A stretch of DNA of 64,000 bases from Octopus bimaculoides (Eukaryota): NCBI RefSeq assembly GCF_001194135.2, contig NC_068984.1, positions 32,531,397 to 32,595,396 of the forward strand. The letters are read 5' to 3'. The translations under genes and the position numbers were made by a program. The notes under the pieces are model-generated. The model was not told the origin of the DNA and made no database searches. It worked only from the letters and a program-made list of their open reading frames with translations. Positions 36,001-49,938 of the stretch are shown here, one piece after another (position 1 is the stretch's first letter; each line of letters opens with the position of its first letter).

Positions 36001-36430
36001 AGTTTCTATGATCATTTTCCAAATTGTTACGATGGACATGACAAAAAACTGTGACAATTAATAACAGCTTCAAATTTTGCCACAAGGGCAGGCATTTTGG
36101 AGGAGGGGATAAGTCAATTACATTGACCCCAGTGTTTCACTGGTACTTAATTTATCAACCCCGAAAGGAGGAAAGGCAATGTTAACCTTGGCAGAATTTG
36201 AACCCAAAACATAGAGCCAGGCGAAATACCACTGAGCATTTTACCCAGCTTGCTAACGATTCTGCCACCTTGCCACCTTCTGCTGTGACAGTTAAAAACA
36301 TAACTGGTAAATATCCATTGGAGAGGGTTTCATTTCTTTCTAGTCTTTGCAGATCCTCTGCTTTCAGAACCCAGTATCATATATACAAGCATCATACCAT
36401 CTGCACTTCCTTCTGAGAGAGAAGCCTTTT
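36001..36430 (+). pseudogene. CATSPERE-like exon split by a SINE: SFYDHFPNCYDGHDK [SINE] VTVKNITGKYPLERVSFL / DPLLSEPSIIYTSIIPSA
   Basis: Flanks match SFEAAFGYC, KTLTL, YERIS and LVLVQFRPS in order; frame changes occur at A and T homopolymers. Confidence 0.5.
36067..36282 (-). mobile_element. SINE family A with 18-bp target-site duplication
   Basis: TSD ctgtgacaattaataaca (36049-36066) / ctgtgacagttaaaaaca (36283-36300). Confidence 0.9.
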
Positions 36431-36599
36431 GTTATTAGTAGAGTAATATTTTCCTAAAGATTTCTAACCTGCATCTAAATTGGCTACTATACTTTCTAAA
36501 CACCCATCTTCACAGCTAATTTGTTCAGGTACATTACAGAAGGTATCAACTACTTTTAAGGAACTTCTCAGCATTCAAAGTATATTGCCCAAGTATTTA

Positions 36600-36950
36600 T
36601 GCTACTAACTACTTTTGTGCACCTGCCACCTACGAAGCTTATGTTCTTTGACAATCTGTTTATGATTTCACTACACTTCTTCACTGTCAATATATTAAAT
36701 TACAACCAACATCTTTTCTGCATATTGATTACAGTTATTTCTCTGATGGTAGTAAGCTCCAGTCTTCTTTTCTTCAACATATGTTATTCTTTATCTTTAC
36801 TAATTTTACTTGGAGGTCTCTCAATTCTAGATTTTGCTTCTAGGTTTGCATTTTCTTCCATAAATCTCCAACAGATTTAACTACAAGAAGTAGGTCATCA
36901 GAGTACATTAACTGTACAAATTCTCAGGCTTTTGCTTTTCAGCCTCAAGA
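36600..36950 (-). mobile_element. Degenerate RTE-like RT fragment
   Basis: Minus strand QLMYSDDL (YADDL motif) followed by remnants of NLE.R.L.V.L.K. Confidence 0.5.
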
Positions 36951-39264
36951 GTATGATGTGTTAGATCAGAAAAGGACATGTTGATGTGTTAGATCAGAAA
37001 AGGACATGTTGCTAACCAGATTTTCTCAGATGAAATTCTGTTTCCAAATCATAAAATTTATATTTTAAAATCAACATTGTCTGTGCAGAAACAAAGAATG
37101 ATTTGTTCCATTTCATATTTCCATGGCATTCAAATGATAGAAGTGTAAATTTTTTTTTAATGCAATCTTTGATCCACTGTTGTATATAGATAGAATTATT
37201 CATTATTTATAAATACTACATGAATGACGTTTAGCCACTGAATCTATGCTTGCTGCCAGCTTGTTGAATTATCAGGTTGTCTAAATTTTCATTGCAAAAT
37301 ATTCTCTTCTTGTTAATGGTTAATTTGAGCACCATTTAAAGTTTCACCACAACCACTAATTGCAAAGATTGAAAAATAATTCTCACTTTTAATTTTTTAT
37401 TTGGTTTTGTTTATTTGCTCTTTGCTTCTTCTGTTATTTCTTTTGCTTTCTAATTTCGACATTTTGTTTCTTGTATTTCATTTCAATATTTTCCAAACTA
37501 TGGAATATAATATAATACAACAAATAAAGAGAAAAAAAATTGTAAAATTTAAATTATTATATGCAACTGTATCCTGTTGCATAACTTTATTGCAATAATT
37601 TCAATGGTTTTTAAAATATTTCTAAAGTTACCAAATAGTAGTTGTTTTGTGTAAGGAATTATTTAACTAGCCATTGGCAAAGATTAATCCATATGTAATT
37701 TGAGCACTTGAAAAGATTCTAAACACTAGAAACTAAAACTATGAACTGTTGGTGTCTTGTAAACTTTTATATTTTGGAAATCATGATATCTTTATACAAT
37801 GATGACAACTTCTTTGTATAATTCAATAGGAAATGATTTACTATATTCACATCAAAGTTTTGATGCTAATATCTGAACAGTAAATTTTTAATTTCTTCCA
37901 AATATCAGTGAAATACACCTCAGAAATTTCTCAACATACATATTCGAAACTCTAAAAATTATATCATCTTCTATATGTGTGTCTAAATGTGAATATGTGC
38001 TTAAGTATGGAGATGTATTTCAGTGTTCGATAATGTTTGTTTGCATAGCTGTGCTTCAATGTGCAACCATGTTTATGCATGTAATTATGTTTGTGTGTGC
38101 AGTTGTGTTTATGTGTGTAAATCCGTATGAAAGCCAATGTTCTTAATGTTGTCATTTTGAGGCAAGTTTGATTATCACTGTTTCAAGAATTCTACATTTG
38201 AGATGAGTTTCACCGTAAATTATTCAAGGATGAATGACAACCTCAGAATCAATGATTTCAGATTTCTCTAGGGTCGATTTTGCCTTTGATCTTGCCAGAA
38301 TGGATAAAATATATATCAATTTCATTTTGTCTTGTCATTTCGTTTTAGCATTTGGAAACCAAAGAAAACATCCATTTCCAAAAGAAAATATATTACTCAT
38401 TTTTAGGACACAGATCAGCAGTATTTGTATTTCCATTGTTTCAAAATATAAATTAGGATCTATGCTTCTAACACACTAAAACAATTTTTGCTTACCGGAT
38501 GCATCATAAATATCACTCCTTTCACCAAGCCACAACTTATAATCTAAGGCTAAAAGTCAACAAAATATATCCACCTATTGCTGATTTTAAAATATAACAA
38601 AATTATTTTAGATACGTGAAGGAAGAATTAAAAAACACCCTAAGAACTAATGGTACATTATTTAAAGTATATATGTGTTTGTGTCTTTCATAGTCTATAT
38701 TCTTTCGAGTCTTCACTGCATATTTCATACCAGTAAGGAATAAGGATAGAATAACATGAATTATAAAAAATACATAGAGAATACAATATTTCAAAAAGCA
38801 GTTTGACCTGCTAGATATAAAAGCAAAACTTCTTCCAAATCACACACTTGCATTTTGTGTACTCATAGATACACACTTCTTGAAAAGTGACAGAAAATGT
38901 TTGTCTGAGGATCTGGGGGCATCGTTTTTGCAATTGGAACTGTTTGTACAGTAGTCTGCTTCTGGAAAATGAAGGAGTTTAATGTCACTAATCTCAGTTA
39001 CATTTCTTACCATAAAGTTGATTTATTTGGGATAATAAAGGGTAAAATATCTAGGTGCTTCTTGGATGCATGAATGTTAAAAGTTTGAAGTTGTTTGATC
39101 ATGTTTGTAGAATCAGGTCTGATCTAGAGCTAAACAACAATTAAACAATTATGTCATAGTTTTTATTAGTTTACTCAAGAGGAATGATCTGTGATTCAGG
39201 CATTTGTAGCATTTTGAGACTAATGAAATCAATATCACTAATATTCTACTTAAATTGCTGCAAG

Positions 39265-39545
39265 TTCTGTACCAGGAATTCTAGAGGGTCAATATTCTGA
39301 GAAGAAATGTTTGGATATATTGATTAATGAGGTGCCTAGAATGAATTGATATTATATAAGCTATGAGAAGAAAAATGAGTGGTGAAACTCAACTAAGGAA
39401 CAGAATGAACAACTAGATTTTAGCAGAGTCAAATGAGGTAAGAAGAATTAGGTACCTTGCAGAATTGTACAATACAAGGAATGTAGCAGAGTTTGAACAC
39501 ATAATGCTTGAATCAACTATCTCTACCTTCAAGCAAATAGGCAGT
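39265..39545 (+). pseudogene. Two weak CATSPERE-like segments, ILEGQYSEKKCL (39265-39331) and SNEVRRIRYLAELY (39424-39545)
   Basis: Resemble IKGFSKKGC and SKNLRVRYIWGEY in the right order, but the expected GCP motif is absent. Confidence 0.3.
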
Positions 39546-41152
39546 GTAAGCTTAATATAAAGGATGATATTAAAATTCAATATCTGTTTTTCTGTTTGTG
39601 TTTATCTTAAATTTTGTGAAAACAATCCATTGCAGAACAAAAATGTTTTGATTAATATTCTCTTAAACACAAGCCTTTTTGCCTAAAATCAACACAATTT
39701 TAAAATCAAAATAATTTTCCCTCTTTTCAAAGAAGTGTGACAATAGAAATAATGTACACATCCACAAATAAACATGCAAACTAAACATTTGAATACAGCT
39801 GCTTACATACACAAATATACACATTGAAAAGACAAATAATGTGCAAAATATGCATCTGATATTAAATGTACATGCACAAACACACAGTTACACACACATA
39901 TAAAATTATCATACATAGATACATTAACATGAAACAGATGATCATATAATAGTGAATGCACAGATACAAATAAACATACAGACAAATAAATACCAGAGCA
40001 TGCTTGTACACATAAACATGACCATAAACAAGATTTAGTCAAACAGACAAGGCACATAAGAACACATAAGTATATTGCAGTTAATAAATGAACACATACA
40101 GAAGAATAGGATTAGCAATTGTTAACAAATATTTTGGGATTTAATTTCATTTTAAATGAATGTTATATTTTGCTTTATATACATGCATAATGGTGCAAAA
40201 ATGGGGGTGTGGTTGTGAAGCTATTTTCCAACCACATCGATTTGGATTCATTCCTTCTGCCTGATACTTTGGGCAAGTGTCTTCTGCCATGGCCTCAGGC
40301 TNNNNNNNNNNNNNNNNNNNNNNNNNNNNNNNNNNNNNNNNNNNNNNNNNNNNNNNNNNNNNNNNNNNNNNNNNNNNNNNNNNNNNNNNNNNNNNNNNNN
40401 NNNNNNNNNNNNNNNNNNNNNNNNNNNNNNNNNNNNNNNNNNNNNNNNNNNNNNNNNNNNNNNNNNNNNNNNNNNNNNNNNNNNNNNNNNNNNNNNNNNN
40501 NNNNNNNNNNNNNNNNNNNNNNNNNNNNNNNNNNNNNNNNNNNNNNNNNNNNNNNNNNNNNNNNNNNNNNNNNNNNNNNNNNNNNNNNNNNNNNNNNNNN
40601 NNNNNNNNNNNNNNNNNNNNNNNNNNNNNNNNNNNNNNNNNNNNNNNNNNNNNNNNNNNNNNNNNNNNNNNNNNNNNNNNNNNNNNNNNNNNNNNNNNNN
40701 NNNNNNNNNNNNNNNNNNNNNNNNNNNNNNNNNNNNNNNNNNNNNNNNNNNNNNNNNNNNNNNNNNNNNNNNNNNNNNNNNNNNNNNNNNNNNNNNNNNN
40801 NNNNNNNNNNNNNNNNNNNNNNNNNNNNNNNNNATATATACATATACAGGTTCAAAAAAACAATAACAAAAAAACAACAAAGTGAGGACGTGATACGGAT
40901 AGTGTTATTGGACGCTCGGGAAAGGAAAGAGAGAGTGTATATGACGTTTCGGGCGTAGCCCTTCGTCGGAAAGATGGAAAGTTCGGAGAATGGAAAAACG
41001 GAGAAGGAGGAAAATGGTACCGATGCCCACGAGGTTATATATATATAAAGTACTTATATTGTATGTATATATTTTATCAATTTGCTTGTATGGCTGATAT
41101 TCGCTTGCCTCTAGTGATAGTATTTTAATAATACCATTCCTCTTATATTTAC

Positions 41153-41192
<40 letters not shown>

Positions 41193-41333
41193 ACACATAC
41201 ACTCACATATATACACATATAGTTAATTAAATATGACCTTTGAAAACAAGGTATACTGGTAGTCAATTTAGTGCTCCAGTATGAGATATGTCTAAAACCT
41301 TAAAAAGATATTTAGAGAATCAGTGAGAGCGAT

Positions 41334-41983
41334 TATATATTGGAAAGTAAAAAGCCGGAAAATTTACATCTTAAAAATCACAGTAGAGATAAGTAGATAA
41401 CATAAGCAATATTGTATTATTAAACAAATATATAAGTACAGCTATGATCATTAAAAAAGTTTTTAATGTTTTAAAAGTTCTTACGATCGTTTCATGAATA
41501 TATTACCTCTCAAAATGAAATCTAAAGTTGATAAGCATCGTTGGGAAGTATATCCACTCATCAGAGAAACGATGACTTTCAATGGAGGAAATCGAATGAT
41601 TGAAATGCCATTTAAAATCGAATGATTTTCAGCTCAAATTTATACCAACACAGATTTATACCAATAATTTTTTAAACAGCATCGTTCTCATTCCATTTTC
41701 AATAGCATTTTCCTCATTCAATTTCCTCCACTGAAATTCATCGTTTCTCTGATGAGTGGATATAATTTTCAACGAAGCTTATCAATTTTAGATTTCATTT
41801 TGAGAGGAAGTATGTTCATGAAACGATCGTAAGAACTTTTAAAACATTTAAAAATATTTTTTTAATGATCATAGCTGTAGTTTATCTATTTATTTATCAA
41901 CACAATATTTCTTATATTATGTACTTATCTCTACTGTGATTTTTAAGATATAACTTTTCAAACTTTTTACTCTCTAATATATA
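41334..41983. mobile_element. Foldback element with about 285-bp inverted arms, in (TA)n
   Basis: 41334-41618 is the reverse complement of 41695-41983 (e.g. catcttaaaaatcacagtagagataagta / tacttatctctactgtgatttttaagat). Confidence 0.9.
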
Positions 41984-42213
41984 TATATATATANNNNNNN
42001 NNNNNNNNNNNNNNNNNNNNNNNNNNNNNNNNNNNNNNNNNNNNNNNNNNNNNNNNNNNNNNNNNNNNNNNNNNNNNNNNNNNNNNNNNNNNNNNNNNNN
42101 NNNNNNNNNNNNNNNNNNNNNNNNNNNNNNNNNNNNNNNNNNNNNNNNNNNNNNNNNNNNNNNNNNNNNNNNNNNNNNNNNNNNNNNNNNNNNNNNNNNN
42201 NNNNNNNNNNNNN

Positions 42214-42260
<47 letters not shown>

Positions 42261-42279
42261 ATGTGTGTTTGTATATATA

Positions 42280-42494
42280 TATATTTATATAAAGGGCATT
42301 ATTATAGAAAAATAATAACGCCACACAGTGGACTTCTCAAAAAATAACCACATTTAGTACCTATGCGAGGAAAAAACAACCAACAGAAGATGTTGATTGT
42401 TTTTTCCTCGCATAGGTTCTAAATGTGGTTATCTTTTGAGAAGTCCACTGTGGCGTTATTATTTTTCTATAATAATGCCCTTTATATAAATATA
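42280..42494. mobile_element. Near-perfect 215-bp palindromic element
   Basis: tatatttatataaagggcattattatagaaaaataataacgccac... pairs with ...gtggcgttattatttttctataataatgccctttatataaatata. Confidence 0.9.
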
Positions 42495-42604
42495 AACGAA
42501 TAATTATATTCTTGGGAATAGATATTTCCCTAATGAATTTTTTTACACACTGGCTTCTTGATAAAATTCTTGTAAAAGAGTTTTATCCTGTTTTGAAATT
42601 TATT

Positions 42605-42651
<47 letters not shown>

Positions 42652-43009
42652 ATATATATATAAGTGTGTGTGTACATGTATATACACACACACTCACATA
42701 TGTATACACAGACACGTGTGCATACACACAAACACATATATGTGTGAGTGTGTGTATCTTTCTGCTTGTCCTCACCATCAGCACCATAGCTTGAAAATGG
42801 TGATAGATTTTTTTTTGTCCCCTGTAATGTAATGTTCTGGCAAAAGAGACCAGTAGAATGAGTACCAGATTTAAAAAAATAAGTGAATTGGGTTCAATTT
42901 GTTTGAATAAATACTTCAAGTTGGTACCTCAGCATGGCCACAGTGCAATTTCTGAAACAGGTTAAAGATAAAAATGTATGAATTGTTTCTGTTCATATTA
43001 TATAAGAAT

Positions 43010-43190
43010 GTTCAAGGTGGTGAGCTGCAAAATCATTAGTACATTCTAAGTTCAAATTCTGCTGAGGTTTACTTTACCTGTCATCCTTTTGGGATTCAAA
43101 AAATTAAGTACCAGTTGAGTACTGGGTCAATGTGATCAACTATCCCCCTCCCCCAAATTTCAGGCCTCATGCCTAGAATAGAAAGGATTA
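43010..43190 (+). mobile_element. SINE family A
   Basis: aaggtggtgagctgcaaaatcattag...cccctcccccaaatttcaggcctcatgcctagaatagaaagg. Confidence 0.8.
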
Positions 43191-43534
43191 TATAAAAAAT
43201 GTTCAGAAAGTTAGCTTTAATTTTTTTTTTCTTAAAGGAGTTATACAGAATTCATATTTACATTTTCCATATTTTTTTCATTAGCTACTGTTTTTAATTT
43301 CTATTTCTTATTTTATTTTTTTATTTTTTAGCACACTAAAGTATAATTCATGCACTAACATATATGTAATAAAATTGTTGAAATGCAACATTGCTAAATT
43401 TATGTGTCTATATCTGTGCTGACATTTCCACGGCTTAAAATCCTGCAGCTTGGAAGTTTAACAAATTGTGAAGAAATGATTACTGCTCTTAAATATCATT
43501 AATGGGTTGTATATATGTATACTGGAACTGTAAG

Positions 43535-43573
<39 letters not shown>

Positions 43574-44145
43574 TAAACGTGTATGTTATGTTAGAACAAA
43601 CTACACTGCAGTAATTACCTTGAGAGAAACTCTCATATTGGCTTTTGATGCAAAAGGTATTCATTTATTGATACTGCTTCTGTTTCTAAGCAAAAACGTG
43701 GATCAATGCCCTGCAGACACAAATCCAAAATACCAAATTTTCCCTCTTTATCAATGTACAAGAAACACTTTAACCTTATTCTGATTGATTAAGGAAAGCA
43801 TGTTAATTAAAAAATACAAATCACAACTATTAATAAATATCTTGATAATAACACACCAGAAAGAGAAAACTCAATTTGTAACTTTAAACTCTTCTTAGTC
43901 CTTTATTTATATATTTGTATCATTGAGAAGCAAAACATTGTCCAAACGAGTTTGGTGTGTGAATATCTATTGCAAAAGTTGAAAACGACTACACGTTTCA
44001 GATGCATTTTCAACCGCCAAAACAAATTCTCGTTTACTTTTTCATGTGTGGGAATACACTTCTTTCCATATGAATACACACACATGCACACACACGCACA
44101 CACACATACATATATATTAGTTTATATTATCTCTCTATCTATCTA

Positions 44146-44206
<61 letters not shown>

Positions 44207-46014
44207 NNNNNNNNNNNNNNNNNNNNNNNNNNNNNNNNNNNNNNNNNNNNNNNNNNNNNNNNNNNNNNNNNNNNNNNNNNNNNNNNNNNNNNNNNNNNNN
44301 NNNNNNNNNNNNNNNNNNNNNNNNNNNNNNNNNNNNNNNNNNNNNNNNNNNNNNNNNNNNNNNNNNNNNNNNNNNNNNNNNNNNNNNNNNNNNNNNNNNN
44401 NNNNNNNNNNNNNNNNNNNNNNNNNNNNNNNNNNNNNNNNNNNNNNNNNNNNNNNNNNNNNNNNNNNNNNNNNNNNNNNNNNNNNNNNNNNTGTGAATAT
44501 CTATTGCAAAAGTTGAAAACGACTACACGTTTCAGATGCATTTTCAACCGCCAAAACAAATTCTCGTTTACTTTTTCATGTGTGGGAATACACTTCTTTC
44601 CATATGAATACACACACATGCACACACACGCACACACACATACATATATATTAGTTTATATATAGAAGAAACTTCAAAGCCTGATGGAGTGGTGTGTGTT
44701 GCAACATACAGCAAATGCTGGGCTTTTGGTCATCTAAACTTGGCAGAATCCTTCCCAAGCCACAGATGAGTTCTTTCAGGAAGAGAGAGGTGGAAAGAAA
44801 AAGAGGAACATCCTTACTGGATTGGTACTTTATTTACCAGTACCAAACAAATGAAATGTAAAGCTGATATCAGCATAATTGGAACCTAGAGATCAAGGAA
44901 CTGGAATGAACACTTCTAGACATTATCCATTGCTCTAACAACTCTCTCAAGTTGTATTTAATAAATCTGTTTTCAATTAAATGTTTTATTTCCAAGGTAA
45001 ATCTAGGTGTCTTGTTAGTGCAAAAATAATAACGACAAGAAATTCTTTTGTTTTTCGAAGTTCTTTTGATGCTTTTCTTGTGAAGTGTAATGTAAGCATG
45101 TGAAGATATTTTCTTTTGATTTTTTCAAAATAAAAATTTAAATGTCCCCTACTTGGTTAATCATACATTTAAGATCAATAGCTTACATTCTGAATTCATG
45201 AAGGCTTATATAAGTTATATTAGTTTATAACTGTCAGTTCAATCTCCTACTTACCTTTTCCTTTATGTTTTTTTTCATCTTTCTTTTTTTTCTTTTGAAG
45301 ATATTTTTGAAGTTTCAACTCTGTGAGAAATGATAAAATCTTTAAAATTCTTTGAAATTGTGGATCTTCACAAATTTAACACTATACAATTATTTTTAAC
45401 TATTTAGCTGTTGCATCTATTTAATTTCTTTTTTTTTAATCTCAGGAAAAATATAATTGTTTCATTGATTCTCAAATGCTGTAATAGAATCTTTACAAAA
45501 TCTTTTACAAGGTAAACTTTTACAGATTAGACACTTTCTTTCATTAGTTTTTAACTATTTTGTAAGTGAATATCATTGAATGTTTAGATTTTATATTTTT
45601 AGAAAATATAATGGAAACTATTTTCAAATCTTTTAACACTGAAATCCATTATATAAAACACTAAAAAAATATATTTACACATGAAACATTTGTGGATAAT
45701 GCTTTAAACACCAACAAAATTTATAATAAATGTTTGCATTCTATGCTGAAGATAACATAACAAGCATTGATATTCCAGTAATGGAAACAGTTTTAAGTTC
45801 AGTTTCTTACATTTTCATTTTTAATGTCAGTAACAATTAAGGTTGCATTGCATCATTGAAAATATCATAAATCAAAGAAACTAAGGAAATTTTAGCAAAT
45901 CATTTTAAATGTTATGTATTGGATTGAAATAGCTTTTCATACTTTACTGAAAATGTATACTAAAATTTCTGAAGTTCTATTCTACTATATCCCTATAAGT
46001 AGGTGATATATCAG

Positions 46015-46090
46015 ATCCTAGGGTGCTGTTGTGAAGCTCCAAGTTCCAACAAAATTTTGTTTGCAGTGGGTAATTCAAAACATTGCTACA
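46015..46090 (+). pseudogene. CATSPERE-like segment ILGCCCEAPSSNKILFAVGNSKHCYS
   Basis: Two anchors, GC-x2-EA and N-x-KHC-[FY]-S, match GCLHEA...NYKHCFS with about 11 fewer residues between them. Confidence 0.45.
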
Positions 46091-48787
46091 GTGTGGCAGA
46101 ATTACATTTATCTATTTAATGTATAGTGTAATTCTTGCTGTTGTCTTTATTTAATTTAGTACAGGTTTAACAAACGGAAAAAGACATATTAAGATCCAAT
46201 AGAAGGATTTATCATTAAATCATTAAATTTGTTTCCAACTTTTTACAAGAATTGAGTATTGGATATAGTTTGGAATATTTCTATTTCTGATTAGCTTTTA
46301 TTGAAAATGTTTTCTTTTTTTTTCTCTGAAAATTCTATATCAGCTAAATACAATCTTTTTGTTAACTAAATGAAACTCCTGTATAAATGAAACAGAATAT
46401 TTGTAATAACCAAGCCCAATACCTGTATTAAGCAAGTATGATGTTTGCATTAGTTAGGTACAGTCCCTATATTAACCAATAATACATTTTTATATTACTT
46501 ATATATACCACAGAGTTTCAGCCATTTCTGATGCCATGCAAGCACTTAACTTTGGTGAACTGAGAACTCAACAGATGATATGCAAATATTCCATGGATAG
46601 GATTGTATCTATTAGCAGACAAGATGACAATTTAGTGTCTCTTCTATAAATATAACACAATTAAATATCTACTTCATAAAGTCTTTCAGTAAATACATTA
46701 TTTATTTGTCTGTTTTAATTCTTATTTATTTGAGGTGAATTTTGATATATTAATGTATGCATTTATACATGCCTAACAAAGTGTATGGCAGTCTATATAT
46801 GTACTGAAACTGGCATGGATGAGTGGTTAAGAAGTTTGCTTCACAGTGATATGAACCAATGATATGAACCATTGCTTAGTATCTTGGACAAATATCTTTA
46901 TCATAGCCTCAGCTTAATCCAAGCTTTGTTAGTGAAACTGAGTTGACAGAAATTGTTTAGAAGTATTTCAAGTGGATTGTATCAATAATTCAATAATCCT
47001 GCCTTGTTGCATATTGCATCAAACTGCTTCTGTTTAAGAATTTCATAAAGTACTCATGTTATGTGGAATATTCAGCCTTACTTGCTAACTGAACAAGATG
47101 GACATTTCGTTAAAAAAAACAAACTGAATTGTCACTGTTGAAACCAACAAAGGATCCATTGCACCTATCTAACTGCATAATTTTTGATTATTATATTGTA
47201 CTTACTGGTATTATTGCCCTAGTGAGAAAAGAATACTCCATTGTTACAATGATTACCAGTTACTTACTGAAATTGACTGAATTAACAATGTATATGTGCA
47301 CACCACTCTGTAGTGTAAATGTAACACATTGGTATATATAAGAAATACTTATAATTAATATAATCAATTTAACACCCTCTTTTTCATGTGTTTGCCTTTT
47401 ATTTCAGGGCTACCATCTCTTTTGTTACCCTTGTGCCAAAATAAAAATATTATCATGATTATTGTTATTACTAAATTGCATGAGTGTTTGCTAAATGGCA
47501 TCTTTTAGCAAATGATAGAAGTTTAAAGATACTAGTTTAAAAAGTGCTATGTTCTTTGTTTTCACAACTCTGCTTATATAAAAGAACATAGCCTGCAAGA
47601 TTATGAGATTCCATTACCAGACATAGATGTTTTCTTCTTTTAATCTATGCATTTAATTTATTACTTTAATAATGAGATGTCGCCAATACACTGAATTGAG
47701 AGAACTTCTCATGTCACTGTAAAATCTGAAATGTTCCAGCAAGTCTGTCGATGATTCTTTGCAGTTTCTCTAGAGGCCTTCATTTAAGAAGGCATATAAT
47801 CAATATCAGTCAGTTCTAAGTCACTGCTGTGTTTGTTTAGCCACACAAGAAGCTGTCAAGAGAAAGAGAGGCTCACAATAAGAAACTAATATATCTACGA
47901 AATAGACACATGAATATTGTATAGCTAACATGAGACAGATTTCAGCTCAGAGAACAAATGATTTCCTTATAAAACAAAAGGCAAATTGGCAACTCTGACT
48001 AGAAGAAGATAGAATAAGATTACCATTATTTACTATTGTCCAAAATGTTATAATAACAATAGCAACAATAGCAACAACAGCAGCAACAACAACAACAACA
48101 ACAACACCACCAACAACAACAACAACAACAACAACACCAACAGCAAAAATATTATTGCAGATGTAGTTGTTTTTATTACTTTTATTCATTTCTTTTATTC
48201 TTTATTGCAATTAATGAGCACTATCATCATTGGTTACAAATATTTGATGAGCCAATCACTGGTTCACTGCTTTCCTTGTGGCAACAGTAAAAAGAGAGTG
48301 TCTGTGTAACAGTGCAGAACAAATATCAACATAAGACCTCATTTCCAGACCAATAGATTTTCATTTTGCTCTTGTCATATATATTCTTTGTGAGCATACA
48401 TAAATGGTATACTTGTGTGTGTGTGTGTGTGTGTGTATTGTAGTTATAGCAATACTGTGTCACACAACTGGCACCCAAAAGTACCGATTACACTCTCAAA
48501 GAGGTACGTTGCTGTTAGGAAGGGCATCCAGCTGTAGAAACCATACCAAATCATACATACATATATATGTGACTGCGTGTGCATCGTTGGCGATTTTCTT
48601 TCTCCGTCTTCCCTTCTTTGGACTTTCTCTATATTTCTGATAAAGAGCTCAGCTCAAAATGTGAAATCCTCTTTCTTTTCTTTCCTTTCCTGAGTGTCCA
48701 ATAACACTGTACTTGTTCCACGTCCTTGCGTTGTTGTTTTTTCTTGCTTGTTCATGTTTGGTTTGACTATGTGTATATGTCTATATA

Positions 48788-48860
<73 letters not shown>

Positions 48861-48904
48861 TAGCATGGAAGGCGGACGTTAAACGATGATGATGATGATG
48901 ATAT

Positions 48905-49590
48905 AATTTTCAGAATGAGATAAAAATCCAAGACTGTGAAAGATTTTAGAACATTTATAAATAGAAGGTCTTACAGCTGTTTCCGGGATATTTTATAAAT
49001 CTCTTCATCAGAGACGATGTGAGAAAATGGTTAAGCAATAGTTAATTTAGATTAGATATGAAATAGAAAGTGAAGTGGAGGAAAGAAAAATGGATGTGCG
49101 ATATGCAGGGATATTGCATTTGTAGAGTCATTATTTAGGCAGATGGTATACATGTAAGATTTTGGAAGTTACTCACAAGGTATTAGAATCTCATATGTAT
49201 ATCATTCTGCCTAAATAATGGATCTACAGATGCAATATCCCTGCACATCTCACAACCATTTTCATTCTTCCACTTCACTCTCTATTTCATATTTTATTTA
49301 AATTAACCATTGTTTAACCATTTTCTCACACCATCTCCGATGAGGGGATATATAAAATATCCCAGAAACAGCTGTAAGACCTTCTATTTATAAATGTTCT
49401 AAAATCTTTCACAGCCTTAGATTTTTAGCTAATTCTGAAAATTCTTTTTATGTATACACATGCTGATATATGACCTATGTTGAACTCTTTATTTGCATAA
49501 TCATTCAAATATAGTTTGTCCATAGCACTTACGTGGCATTACCTGACACCTTTGGGTCTTATTGACACCATTACCTCTCATAACCTCTAT
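48905..49590. mobile_element. Penelope-like terminal sequence in inverted (foldback) arrangement
   Basis: 48905-49161 pairs with 49187-49443; cttacagctgtttc.gggata..cttcatcaga motif; the right arm continues to about 49590 and matches 54474-54800. Confidence 0.75.
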
Positions 49591-49640
49591 GTGTATATAT
49601 ATGTATGTATATATGTGTGTGTATATGTATATATATACAC

Positions 49641-49685
<45 letters not shown>

Positions 49686-49690
<5 letters not shown>

Positions 49691-49938
49691 TGCATGACTG
49701 GCACCCATGCTGGTAGCATATAAAAAACACCATTTGAGCATGGCTGATGCCAGTGCTGCCTGATTGGTTCCCATGCTGGTGGTACAACACTCTCAGAGTG
49801 GTTGGTGTTAGGAAGGGCATCCAGCTTTAGAAACTTTGCCAGATCAGACTGGCAGATCAGTTCTCAGTCAAACTGTCCAACCCATACCAGCATGGAAATC
49901 GGATGTTAAGCGATAAGGATGATGATGATGATGATGAT

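Noticed and set aside
37741-37815. ISLYNDDNFF resembling CATSPERE VQLFDDNGY
   Set aside because: Out of order relative to the 39265-39545 matches; shows that short chance matches occur, and one of the two assignments must be wrong
46514-46554. KFQP matching CATSPERE EKFQP
   Set aside because: Falls after the GC..EA/KHC segment, so it breaks collinearity; treated as chance
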